This document shows, in pieces, positions 1 through 11,527 of a DNA stretch of 64,000 bases. The translations under genes and the position numbers were made by a program. How positions within the stretch are numbered: position 1 is the first letter of the stretch; each line of letters starts with the position of its first letter. This DNA is from Laetmonice hystrix (lineage: Eukaryota). The stretch spans positions 54,438,001 through 54,502,000 of the forward strand of contig OZ249436.1 of NCBI GenBank assembly GCA_965235115.1, read 5' to 3'. The notes under the pieces are model-generated. The model saw only the letters and a list, made by a program, of their open reading frames with translations, was not told the origin of the DNA and ran no database searches.

Positions 1-512
1 GGCGATGTAGGAAACATGAACACCACACAAGAACACTGCCTTCAAATTGAAAACGTCATATGTAATCAGCATATTGTCATTTACGTCCATTATTGTTTAG
101 GTATAATTCTTGTGCCAGGAACGTGGTTGAAAAAATGCCTTCATCTTTGTAACTGCAAACGAGGAGAACGTATTCTTCTTATGTATTATCACTTGCCGTT
201 TTTGTCATTATTATGTATATCTGTTGGGCTGTCTCGCTTGGCCAAGGCCCCCCGTGGACCCCCCCCCCCCCCCTATAGAATTCTGGATTCTCTTTCGTGG
301 GGACGAATAGTGCGACCTATACAACCGCGTGTTTACTACAGTTTGAATAGTGTCCTCGTCATATAATCCGAAAGTACCGGGCCTCTTTATTTCTGCAAAT
401 TATTGTCCTATGCATGGAATCGGCCGGGTTTTGATGTAGAAAGCAATGGACGATAATGACAATGTTCTCAATCTCAGACTTTACAAAATCAGAAACAACA
501 ATTACACTTTAA

Positions 513-1045
513 AGGGGCATACTATGAAACACGTTTTTGGGGATTTCCGGCAATTATCCAAAATGACCGTGTACTAGGGATCCAAGTAAATAATCCTACC
601 ACAGCATTTTGTCCTCGGACGTGTTTTCGCTGTGTATGCAGTACAAGTAGGTTCTATATGACCAAACCTATAGATTTCTCCCGATAGCACATCTCCCGCC
701 ATAATTTGGCGGACAACCCCCCCCCCCCCCCAACACGTGTAATTGCATACTGTGTTACATCCTGTGTGTGCACTCTCTGCATGTGCTTAGTCACGTGCTT
801 TGCTTAGTTGTAAACAATTCAGCAGTGGCACTCGATCGCCCGGCTCAGAATGCCACCCAAAAAATATTTTACGAAATCGGCAGAGAAGCGGGCAAGGGAG
901 CTTAATAAACTTCGATTTCTCACGCAAAATGAAACTGATAAGTCTGTCTTTGTTTACTAAGCAATTTTAATGAAGGATCTCTTTATGAAAACAGCAAAAG
1001 TTCTATGAAATACCGATTTTTAACGTTTCCTCATAATATGCCCCT
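513..1045. mobile_element. Kolobok-like MITE, copy 1
   Basis: TTAA on both sides; TIR AGGGGCATA(C/T)TATGA; a closely similar full-length copy lies at 42123-42652. Confidence 0.8.
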
Positions 1046-3077
1046 TTAAGGTGAGATGAAGAATAGCCGAGAGGTACCGGTTACAGATAATTGTGTTGGG
1101 ATCTTGACCTATAGACCTATAGGGGCGGGTGTATTGGAGAGGAATACCGTCAGAGGATGTTTATTCCCTAGAACAATTCTAACACATGTTTTCTGTAAGG
1201 CTATAGCGACGTCATGCCGCTCACACTCTCTCTAGAGAAATCCCTATATGCAGGAGAACTCCCAGTGGGGACCAAGGGAAACCACGCTGGTATAGCTTAA
1301 ACCAAACCGTCATTATAATAGAAGGATCGAACTCCCTTCCTCCGACAACTTCTGTCATTTAGCCGCGCCAGCTCTAAAGACAGAGGGAAAAATCAAAACA
1401 CGACTCGAGCTTCTAACAACTCTCCGCAGCAATCATCTAACACGCTATGACGCTATTCGTGGCATGAATAAAACATAGTCGCCAGCTTACTTTGAGATGG
1501 ATCGTTGTCGAGCAGGTTGATGTATGAGGACAAATACAAGTCGTTTCTTTTCACTTTAAGATGGCATTCGTCCCATGTTCGGTCCTTCTTGCGAGATTCG
1601 TATTGAAGCAACGTCAAGAGTACAAGATATAAGAGAGGAGAGCGGACACGCCATGAAGGTCACCGTTGTACCAATTATCTAAGTACACACCAACGTTTAC
1701 TGATTGATATTAAACATACTACATGCCAATGTCTTGTCGCGTATGATGCCAGTGAGTTTCAAATTTGTTCGCCCTATTACCTCTATACATTTCCGGGGAG
1801 CAGACATTACCCATAAAAGCATGTCAAGACTGCGATTTTCTTGTTAAATTAGCAATATAGTAATTTGGAACATGCCTATAGGAAGTGCGAACGCACCCAA
1901 CCGAACCTCAACAATCACCAAGGACTGCTATAGGCAAATGTTTGTATATTATTTTGGTTTGTCAAAAGCTGCTGCCTTGGAAATATATAAAGGTTCTATA
2001 AAACCTTCTTTTTGCTGCGCCAGGGAGTTCTTATCCTGACCGGCCCCTGTTCCTCGAAATCGGTGATCCGTCACTGATAAGAGACAAGACTTCAAGGGGG
2101 TTTCACAAGTTAGTGCTTGAAAACTGGAACTATGAAAGGTTCCTAGCTGCTTTTAGCTGCCAAATCCTTCATTCCTTTCTGTAAATTGTGCCCAATAACG
2201 GTAAAGATGGCACTGTAGTATTCAATGATGATCTGCATGTGACTGTTAAAACCCTGCATCTTAATCTTGAATTTTCGTGAAGGGAGATGCCACAGTTTTA
2301 GTGTAACCTGAGAAAGTTCAATTTTGCAGTGTGTCTGAGTACAACATGAAAGGTCTGGCAGTATCGACAGGTGGGAAGTTTCTTCCTGCAGCCGAACGTG
2401 CCGAGCGGTTTGACTGATGTGGTTCGATTCCTCGCAACGCCGTTTATCTCTTTGGCCCTATCCTGGCACCCCGACATATATAATAGTACACATGAGGTGT
2501 ATATTATACATTCACACAAATTCATGTTTAGCTAATTACTCGTCTCTACCCTCTATATTCATGAGAAGAAAAGTTAATTTTCCACTCGACGACCCCCCAT
2601 TCCAGAGACGACACAAACTATCCCGATTCCGCAAATATAACTCCATTGTAATTAATTAGGCTATAAAATACATTTAACATGTAAACATAGAGGGTACATC
2701 TTTCAGAAGATAATATTCGCCCCTTTGATAGAGCCTGATGAAGTGTGCACCTTTCGAGGCCGACGGCTGATTGTTGTTTATGATCTTATAGTCCTGTCAT
2801 ACTATATCCGCGGTATTTTCTCATTAACGGCAGTGGAGAAGGTACGATTGATCTGTTCGCTTACTTTGCCCGTTTTGTATTTCTTACATTTATCGCCTGT
2901 GGCTGAAACTGAGAACCTTGGAATAAATGGAACAAGAAAGCCGGACGTAGACCTATACGTTTATTATTTGCGTCCTTTAAAGTGTGAAAAGCTTTTAGAG
3001 TGAATCATGAAACAGAAAACTTTAGAACTTATTTGTTGGAATTGGAAGAATACGGCAGAAAACAGTATAGGAGCCTC

Positions 3078-3206
3078 TAGGGGCGGATCCAGGGGGCGTG
3101 GTGGGCGCACCCCCCTTTTCATCCGCGCACAGTGCACTCAGACCCCACGCCCCCAGACCTTTTCACACCCCACACACCCCTTTCCAAAATACTGAATCCG
3201 CCCCTG
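3078..3206. mobile_element. Short GC-rich MITE of the (C/T)AGGGGCGGATCC family
   Basis: TAGGGGCGGATCCAG...CTGAATCCGCCCCTG; no clear TSD; similar ends at ~8954 and 56202-56389. Confidence 0.5.
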
Positions 3207-4705
3207 CCCGACGTGAAGAACGAAGGCTATACATATAGCTCGATGTCCACTTGCAACTCTGCTCATTCTAGAAAGCGGCACTCTGTCGTTCCGGAAATCA
3301 CCCAGATGATCGGAAATTTTCGTGAACTCAGCGTGGACATATACGACGTACAGAATGCTGCATGCTCGGTGGATGTGCACTCGAAACAACGTGAAACCAT
3401 CGTTTGCGTTAGATCCCCTCTTGATTTAGTGTGAGTATACGCGGTGGGATATATGAGGACACGTTGTCTCAGCGTTCCCTAATGGTGTCACAGAACTACG
3501 TTGATCTATCCAACACTGATGCAATGCCGAACCGGCGTATACATGGGTAGCTTTATGAAGGCCGATGTCAAAATGTCGCCTCAACTTTCAATCAATGTCG
3601 ATGTACACAAACGTTGCTTGACTGATGTTTCCGATTCCACGACGTCAGGTTCAACAAACGTTGTGTCGGCTTATATTTTGGGAGGTGGTGGTTTGGTGGT
3701 ATGACGTCCTGCCGGCAATTGTTGCCATTTTGATTTGTTTCTGTCCGGTAATAATGATGAGATGATGAAATGAGAACCCCGCAGTGACAAGGGTTCGTTT
3801 ACGTCCAACACTGCACAGACACGGTGTCAGTACTGTAGTACACGGCCTTGGACAATATATTAACCCAATCGGGAGTATTGAGTGGGGACGCTGCACCGGA
3901 ACTCATACCCCCTCGACCCCCCACCCCCACCCCCCTTCAATAGCTGGGAAGGCCTTATACCTGGACATGACGGTTTCTGAGTGAATGTATATACATTCTG
4001 TCTCCAATGTTCAGTGATACGTTCTTAGGCCTACCGACAATATAGCTCTGTGTAATATGATAACACGAGAAAGTAAGTCGAGACATTCGCTTAGCGTGAG
4101 ACTCAGGCCTACTCTACAACCGTATAAGGAAAACGCATTTTGAAACAATATTGCCTTTTCCCTGTGATATAGCATAATACTCGAAGTCACCGGTCACTTT
4201 TAAACTCTTTTAAAGAGGCACCGTACAGACTTTCCTCCGGCGATAACGTGTCCCAAAACTCTAGGTGGCACCCTCTAGTGACTAAAAGTATGCATCGTGT
4301 TTCATCGAATTCTGTGTGTTGTTGAATATATCTTGCCTTGAAGTAGACCTTGACTGTGGTGAAAGTTATACTAAAACTGCAATGCTTGGAGGTTTCCTGC
4401 TGCGTCTTGGAGACAGACAACACCCGTATCCACTATAGGTGGTTCATGATGTTGGCAAGTATACCCCTTTAACCGATTCTGTCCCCGTCACTCTTGCCTT
4501 CCATATAGCCTAATTCTAGGCCCACCCTGCTGAGTTTTGCATATAGGCGCTGATTATCACGTACAGACTGCCGTGCCGGAGCTTTATCTTCGTGCTTTGC
4601 CAGTAGTGCCCTTGCAATTCTAGACTGGCTATAGGCCTACCAAACGATGCCGTCCGGGTCTTAGAGTCCGAGGAGAGAATGATGTCAAAGATCAAAGGTC
4701 AGACC

Positions 4706-4881
4706 CAGTGATGTACCCTGAAACTGGACCCAGGGGGTGCTGGAAATCACAAACGTCGTAGGCGCTGCAAATTGGGAGGCGGCTGCATGTGGGCAACAAG
4801 CGCACCAAAAAATATGGGCAAATTGAGGGAGGTGCTTGAGCACCCCAAGTACCCCCCCCCCCCCCCCCGGGTACGCTACTG
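4706..4881. mobile_element. MITE with 5-bp TSD (AGACC), hAT5-like
   Basis: TIRs CAGTGATGTACCC...GGGTACGCTACTG; AGACC directly repeated on both flanks. Confidence 0.6.
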
Positions 4882-4888
4882 AGACCTA

Positions 4889-7129
4889 CACTGTTAAAAA
4901 TAATTCGGTGAATTTACAGAAAAAGTGCTGGCAAAAGTGTTGCCAGAATTTTGCGGTAAATTTACACCAAAATTGTAAATTAACCGACTCTAGGTTAATT
5001 AACATACGGTGCTGTTAATTAACCAAACGGTAATTTTACAATACCTGTAAATTTACATGGCCTGTAATTTGACATGACATGTAAATTTACAGGTATTGTA
5101 AAATTACCGTTTGGTTAATTAACAGCACCGTATATTAATTAACCTAGAGTCGGTTAATTTACAATTACGGTGTAGATTTACCGCAAAATTCTGGCAACAC
5201 TTTTGCCAGCACTTTTTCTGTAATTAAAACATTCCTGTACAAAAACAGATCTCAGGTTATATTTAATAGAGATCCACCACATTCCTGTCAAAAACAAGGT
5301 ATTCGATTATATACTATAAATGGACTTTTGGACCCACTTCACATCAATCCTTCAGATTGTCATTTCTATCAGCATGATTAAATATTTTTTAAAATAACAT
5401 AATAAAACGACCATGCGATAAAATTAAGATAATGTATTCATCTGGCATTTGTTGCCATCGTGATACAAGAAACATCATTCTTTAAACATGTAGCAGGATT
5501 ACCAAACCTGTAACCCTGAAGGACTAAACACATACATTTGTATTTCTTTCTATGGTCTTTTCTTCATTAAACTAATACAATTATTACGGTACTGTAACTA
5601 ATATTACAGTAAATGACAATAAATAAACCAATAAAATAACTACATGTATACTGTAACTATAATAGGCCTATATCTGCACGACTTCGTTTTACATTCATTG
5701 CTTAAAATTCAAAGATACAAATAACGATGTTTCTAATGCATGCACCGCACCATCAAGATGACAAGCAGAGACACTGCCTGAATAAACTGCCGGAGTTCAA
5801 CTGTAGGATAGATCTGAAAATAAAAAGCATTTTTCAGTCTCACTTCTTGAACTCCATTGGAAAATGAAGGGCCATCTGTAATTGAATCATAGTAGGCCTA
5901 GGCCTACCCAGTAGGCTGTCAAAAAAATATTGTAAGTCTAGAATCTAGCCTAGTCGATCCCTGGCCTCACCTAGGTCTTATAGTTCAAGTAGTTGAGCTA
6001 GTTTTAGTAACAAGTAGCAAGAAGCTATTTAGTAGTACATGTACAATCACTGCCTCGCCCCCGTGTGCCTATTCAAACGAGCCACGCAGGCCGTCCCAAC
6101 TCACGGGCCCAGCAGCTGCCGTTGTCGGCCGCCCCAAACTGAAACTGGCCAAAGTCAGACCCCAAGCGCGGGGTCAAGACGAGTTCTACTAATATGGGGC
6201 GACATATGCCGCAAAATACTGTGGAATTTGCAAGGATCTTCATTTGAAATAAATGCTAGCACATTACATATAACGTATGGGGTTATGATAGGCCTACTTA
6301 CCGTCAGTATTACGGATGTCCTGGACGATTTTGAAATGAGCCGTTGGCACTGATGCGCACTTTCTGATTATCTCGCGTTACGAGATTCACGCGTGATTTA
6401 TTAACAGTAGCCCAACAAAGTAAAAATACAGTACTCCTATAGTAGGGCTACTGTCTTTTTACCGTTTTGGGCTGCTGTTAATAAATCACGCGAGGCTATT
6501 AATCATAGAACTCGAACAAGAAATGAATGGAGTGAGCAGGGAGTGATAGACTAATACAGTAATAGGCAAGGCGAGTTGAGTGTTCCCGAGTTTTTAGAGA
6601 AACGTTTTTAGAGAAACGTTTTTACACGAGGAAAATTTTACATCTGGGACATCCCCCGGAAAAGGGCAGCCCTTGTCCCCCCTTGCCTCCCCCCCGGGAA
6701 AGGACCGTCGGGGGGGTAAACTCTCCCCCGTGCCCCCGTGGGGTAGGTCCTAGGGCCTATAGGCCTATAGGTCCTTGGTCACTGTTTAGATCGTGTTGGC
6801 TTTAACAGAAAGTTCTGTAAAATAACCGTCGAAGTCTAGATGGCATGGAAAATCACCACGAGAAACGGTTAAAGTACATTCGCACGTGCATATTTACAAG
6901 ACATTACTGTAAAATCACAGCAAACCAGCAACTTTGAAGTAAAATAACCGTGAGACTGTAAAATAACCACAACATTTACGAAAAAACATACCATATCAGT
7001 GAAGTTCACGTAAAATACATAAAACTTCTGTATAATGACAGAATATCTACTGTAATATTGTAAATACAGAACATTTCAGTTAAATAACCTAAAGATTTTG
7101 CTGTAAATTTACCAACTTTTCTAACAGTG
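4889..7129. mobile_element. Non-autonomous EnSpm/CMC-like DNA transposon (CACTG...CAGTG, 2-bp TA TSD) with internal long palindromes
   Basis: Left end CACTGTTAAAAATAATTCGGTGAATTTACAG matches the reverse complement of the right end CACTGTTAGAAAAGTTGGTAAATTTACAG; TA on both flanks. Confidence 0.6.
4914..5223. repeat. Long near-perfect inverted repeat (arms ~146 bp, ~18-nt loop)
   Basis: Visible by eye: ttacagaaaaagtgctggc...tttacatg / catgtaaa...gccagcactttttctgtaa. Confidence 0.9.
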
Positions 7130-7178
7130 TACGTCCAGATGAAGCCCCACCGACCAGGGTGTTTTCGATCGAGACCTG

Positions 7179-7349
7179 GGGTCCGTTCCACTAAGCCCCA
7201 AAGACGTCTTTGAGATGGTCGCTGAGCCCAAAGAGGTCTTTGCGCCGACGGGTGTTCCACTAAGCTCCTATTCTTTAACATTGGCGCCGCAAAGACGTCT
7301 TTCCAAAGACGTCTTTGCTAAAGACGTCTTTCGTTAGTGGAACGGACCC
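7179..7349. mobile_element. PIF/Harbinger-like MITE, CTG TSD
   Basis: TIR GGGTCCGTTCCACTAA/TTAGTGGAACGGACCC; CTG flanks; internal AAAGACGTCTTT repeats. Confidence 0.7.
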
Positions 7350-7809
7350 CTGCACCCCACGACCCGACTGATCACCATGACTGCAGATCGGCAGATCTTA
7401 ATTTGTGGTAGTGGCGTACTGAAGTCCTCCTGGTGACAAAATATAACACTACAGATTTAAGGGCGACATCTCGCCATCTGGTGGAGAACCCTTCACAGGT
7501 AGAACCTACGTGTGGGTCGGCAAATCCTGAATTATAGGAATCAGGCTTAGTAGTCAAACATCAGCTAAACAACGTGACCAGGGATTACATGAGGAGAAAC
7601 AACCATTCTGTTTGAAGGGAACACTATATTCATAGGTCTACCGGTATCTAATTCAGCAGGGTGTCCCCCAAAAAGTCCAGGCAACCTCAGAATCTATATT
7701 TTCCCGGAACCTGGTACAGAATCTCCTTACATGAAAAATAGTTTTTATTTCATGATAATCGGTCAGGCGAATCAAAAGTTATTTCATGTTTGTTGCAGCA
7801 AAGTCACAC

Positions 7810-8205
7810 CCTAGTTCATGATCCAGCTCTGAATATCTGAGAACAAGAACTGGCCGCCCAAACTAGTTCATGGTCCAGCTCTGAATATACAAGAACTGGC
7901 CGCCCAAACTAGTTCATGGTCCAGCTCTGAATATACAAGAACTGGCCGCCCGAACTAGTTCATGGTCCAGCTCTGAATATACAAGAACTGGCCGCCCGAA
8001 CTAGTTCATGATCCAGCTCTGAATATCTGAGAACAAGAACTGGCCGCCCGAACTAGTTCATGATCCAGCTCTGGATATCTGAGAACAAGAACTGGCCGCC
8101 CGAACTAGTTCATGAACCAGCTCTGAATATCTGAGAACAAGAACTGGCCGCCCAAACTAGTTCATGAACCAGCTCTGAATATCTGAGAACAAGAACTGGC
8201 CGCCC
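7810..8205. repeat. Minisatellite, ~8 copies of a 46/52-bp unit
   Basis: Unit ctagttcatgatccagctctgaatat(ctgaga)acaagaactggccgcccaaa. Confidence 0.95.
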
Positions 8206-9479
8206 AGTAGGGGATTAGTCAATAGGCAGTCTCTGGCCGTAGTCAATCAGTCTACTTATTGGGGTGGGGACCTTGTTTCATATAATTTTGTCCACATATG
8301 TATGCATGGCCAAGATGGTCGGCCAACATTGCATATACTGAACAGCGTGTCTTTATGGACAAAACAGGTTAAAGGACAGGCAGGTTGGAATGGAGTGTCA
8401 TTAAAAGTGAATGTTATTGTTAGTGTTCAAAATAAATAGAGACAAAGAAAATTAATTGTAAATGATATTTGGAATAGCAAATAAAGCAAAAAGCAGAAAT
8501 AATAAAGAATAAATAAAGAATAATGAACAAAATTAAAGAAAGGAAAGAAAAGTCAGTCACTCCTAGTTGAGGGCTGACCTTGCTGCACCAAAAATAACAT
8601 AACTTTTTATTCGTTCGACAGATTTTGATGAAATGACTCTTTCTCATTTTCAGGATTTGGTAAGAGGGGGGGGGGGTTAATGGGGGAGAATATGCTTGGG
8701 GGGGTTAGCATGGTCTATTCAGAAAGTTCAATGAAGAAAAAAGAAAAATTGGCCGCCTATTTAACAAATCCATAAAATAAACTGTCTAGGCCTATATGAA
8801 AAACTAGTCGCGCTGGTTGAACGTATGATGCCCCATAATGCAGCTGGGTCGGGGGTGGGGAGTCGCTGCAAATGAAAGGGCGTTGTAGGCCTAAAATTGC
8901 ACAGAAGCAACTCTGAGAATAGTATAGGCATCTTTTACCTCTAGATAGCGACGCAGTGGCGGACCCAGGGGGTGCAGGGGTGCCCCCCCCCCCCCCCCCC
9001 ACACTTCTGACCGTCACAATTAAGATAAATTGTTGTCTTAACATGATTATTTGAGATAGCCCTATCTTTTGTTATGGCTCATTGACAGCCAGAGTGAGGT
9101 TACAACCTTTTATTGATGTAATTTATACTTTGTTAATGGAGGGAATGAATAATGAAATCGTCTGTGGTTGAATTTTTACGCCCCCCTTAACAAAATTTTA
9201 CAGGGTTTATGGCATAGATCTAACACATTTTCACCTGGGCCAGTGTGGTGCAGTCAAAACCCAAGTCAAATCCTGGATGGTTTGATCAATAAGCATCTCA
9301 CCCGACAGCATAAATTCCAATTCCACTGGTCATCCTTCCACATTAAAAAGGAAAAATAAATCACCCTAAATTAAAAATAAAGTAGGCGGCTGGCCCCCTT
9401 TCTGTACTCCGTCTCAGGTATGTTTACAGAAGTCCCAGGCAATCCCACAGACAGGGCATACATTTAACAGCAGGCATAA

Positions 9480-10500
9480 AGTTGGTGCTGCGTCAGCGTA
9501 CGTTCTCTCGGTTATATTTGGCCGTCCCACCGAGCCGCTACCGACAGGCCCTGCGAGGTGCTCTGGACTGACGTGGCCCTCACTGTTGTTACCCGGTCAG
9601 TCGTCTTCCGGCCACGTCGATGTAAACAACACCCCCTCCGTCAAGTTCTGGCGACTTCTCAGCGAATTCAACGCTAGTACCGTACGGAATATTACAATAC
9701 ACTTTCGAAAGTCATGACGGCGTGGGATAGAACTTATTTAATCAATGATTTATGCAAGTAGCCCCTTAGCGCGAAGAATTTAATACGAAAGTAGCGATTG
9801 CAATGGGGCCGGGTAGCTTTGTACGATTAGGTACAGCTCAGAGGTCATGCGCAGAAGTACTTCCGGTAAAATTCATAATAGAAGAAGCAAACCAAAACAG
9901 AGTGATTGTCATCGAAGTTGAAGCGTGTAGAAGAGAATCAGCGTTAAGACAGGTATCTGAAATGGCTGTACTGTGTTAGCTGGGTTGTTTGGTGATTGTG
10001 GATAGCGTAGCCAAACAGCGGCTTTCGTCAGAATGGAAGTACAACATGAAGATGTTGACAGTGACCGAACCCAGTCGATCTGCAGGGCTCGGCTGCTGCG
10101 AGGTCGGGTTGTTGCCATTTTGACAGGCAGCTCATGTTCGCTCATGCAGTGCAGTGGGTGGGAGGAATATAGTCCAGGAACCTAGACCCTGTTTCTGCTA
10201 GTTTGTTGTCAACAGGGTCTAGGAGTTAAGCTTTCAAATCCAGTGGCACCTTGCCACGCCTACCCCCGTGGCAAACTTCACCGGCTTCACTCACTCACTA
10301 CGACTGACTCATTACACAAACTGACTCTACCGGTGACAGCAGACACCTTTTTCTCTCTCTTCACACCATTATTGGGGTATGTTGATTAATACTGAGTTCG
10401 TGTGCGGCTGTCGTTTGCAACCCTCTCTGAAATCGTCGATGAATCTGTCGCCATCTTGATTCGAATTTGGCTAGCGGTGACGTCATGGGCATGTTTCTGG
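9480..10500 (+). promoter_or_regulatory. Probable CCPG1 promoter and first non-coding exon region
   Basis: CpG-rich; TGACGTGG (9569), GCCACGTC (9611), TGTAAACAA (9621), ETS-type ACTTCCGG (~9859), YY1-type GCCATTTT/GCCATCTT, CRE TGACGTCA (10478). Transcription start not determined. Confidence 0.45.
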
Positions 10501-11137
10501 TAAAAGTGGAATCGCAATGGGAAGTGGACAGCACCACGCTGGCTGGGACTCCGCGTGGTTCGTTCCGCCTGGCGGCCACATAACAATTCATATGTTCATG
10601 ACCAATCGGTCAATCCAACATGGCTATACTTCCGTTCGACGGTTGTGTGTGCAAAAAGAACAGGCAAAACCGTGCACAAAAGTATGCTTTATAAAGACCA
10701 CAACGCAACACATCACCGTAAATCATACATTAATATCTTTTGTATCTACTTGGCAAGTTTTACCACCCAGAGTGATCCCAAAAGGAAGTTATCAGTCGCC
10801 GAACGACGCGAACCCCGGTCACTCGAACGTTCAATGTGGTTGCCACGCGCTTTTTCGATTCAACTGCCAGAGTCTGATACAGACTACATATCAGATATCA
10901 GACTCTGGCTTGTTGGAGTAGGAGGAATATACTTAGATCAGGCCACAGAATTCATTGTTCTCTTTGTGGAATCAGCGATCCCAATCATAAATAGTGGAAG
11001 GATTTTTAAGACGGTCAATAGGTGAACTGTTTCCTTTCTCCAGTAGACTAGCCCTGGGCCGGGGCTGGGAAATCTGATTGAAAGTGAAACGTCATTTTGT
11101 TTGTTTATTAATAATTTTGGGCTACTGAGTCTGTCTG

Positions 11138-11340
11138 GGGCCCGTTTTACTAAAGAGACGATACTAACGACATTGCTAATTTGACAAAGAAGTGAATGGG
11201 TTGCTAGGTCGAAAACAACGATCTAGCCTAGTCCTAGGAACTCATTCATGTCAGTCTAACATAGGCCTAGTCTCTAGTAGGACTAGGCCTATGTTAAATT
11301 AGTCCTTATTATTGACTCTTTAGACTTAGTAAATGGGGCC
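11138..11340. mobile_element. Harbinger-like MITE (related pieces at ~34028-34115 and ~44330-44490)
   Basis: GGGCCCGTTTTACTAA...TTAGTAAATGGGGCC with CTG flanks; internal TGAATGGGTTGCTAGGTCGAAAA shared with 34085. Confidence 0.6.
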
Positions 11341-11452
11341 CTGAATAACTAAGTGTGACCTGTGATGACTGACTTGGTCAATGATAAGGTTCGTTTACAC
11401 ATTTCCTTGCCAGAGCTCATCCGATCTAAAAAGATGTGAAAAAAAATAGAAA

Positions 11453-11527
11453 ATGTCATCAAGTAACAGCGACAGTGAAGGGAGTGCAACTGGCTGGACG
11501 GTGGTCAACAACCATGGGGAAGTCGAG
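11453..11527 (+). CDS. CCPG1: CCPG1-like coding exon 1 (start codon, LIR motif WTVV)
   Basis: Acceptor ttccttgccag ends at 11413, ATG at 11453, donor GAG|gtaagc; encodes MSSSNSDSEGSATGWTVVNNHGEVE. Confidence 0.85.

Noticed and set aside
16..366. 116-aa ORF at the window start, and similar short ORFs throughout
   Set aside because: No recognisable domain, they often cross poly-C MITE remnants, and they lack splice or codon support.
1490..1660. Minus-strand stretch ending at a GTAAG donor and reading ...YESRKKDRTWDECHLKVKRNDLYL..., faintly Myb/SANT-like
   Set aside because: There is an in-frame stop just upstream, no convincing acceptor in that frame and no neighbouring exons; it needs a translated search.
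10033..10102. ATG-initiated MEVQHEDVDSDRTQ... as the CCPG1 start
   Set aside because: The donor is weak (gtcggg), and the next exon has an in-frame stop (TAA at 11426) before the ATG at 11453, which matches the family N-terminus. At most it is a uORF.
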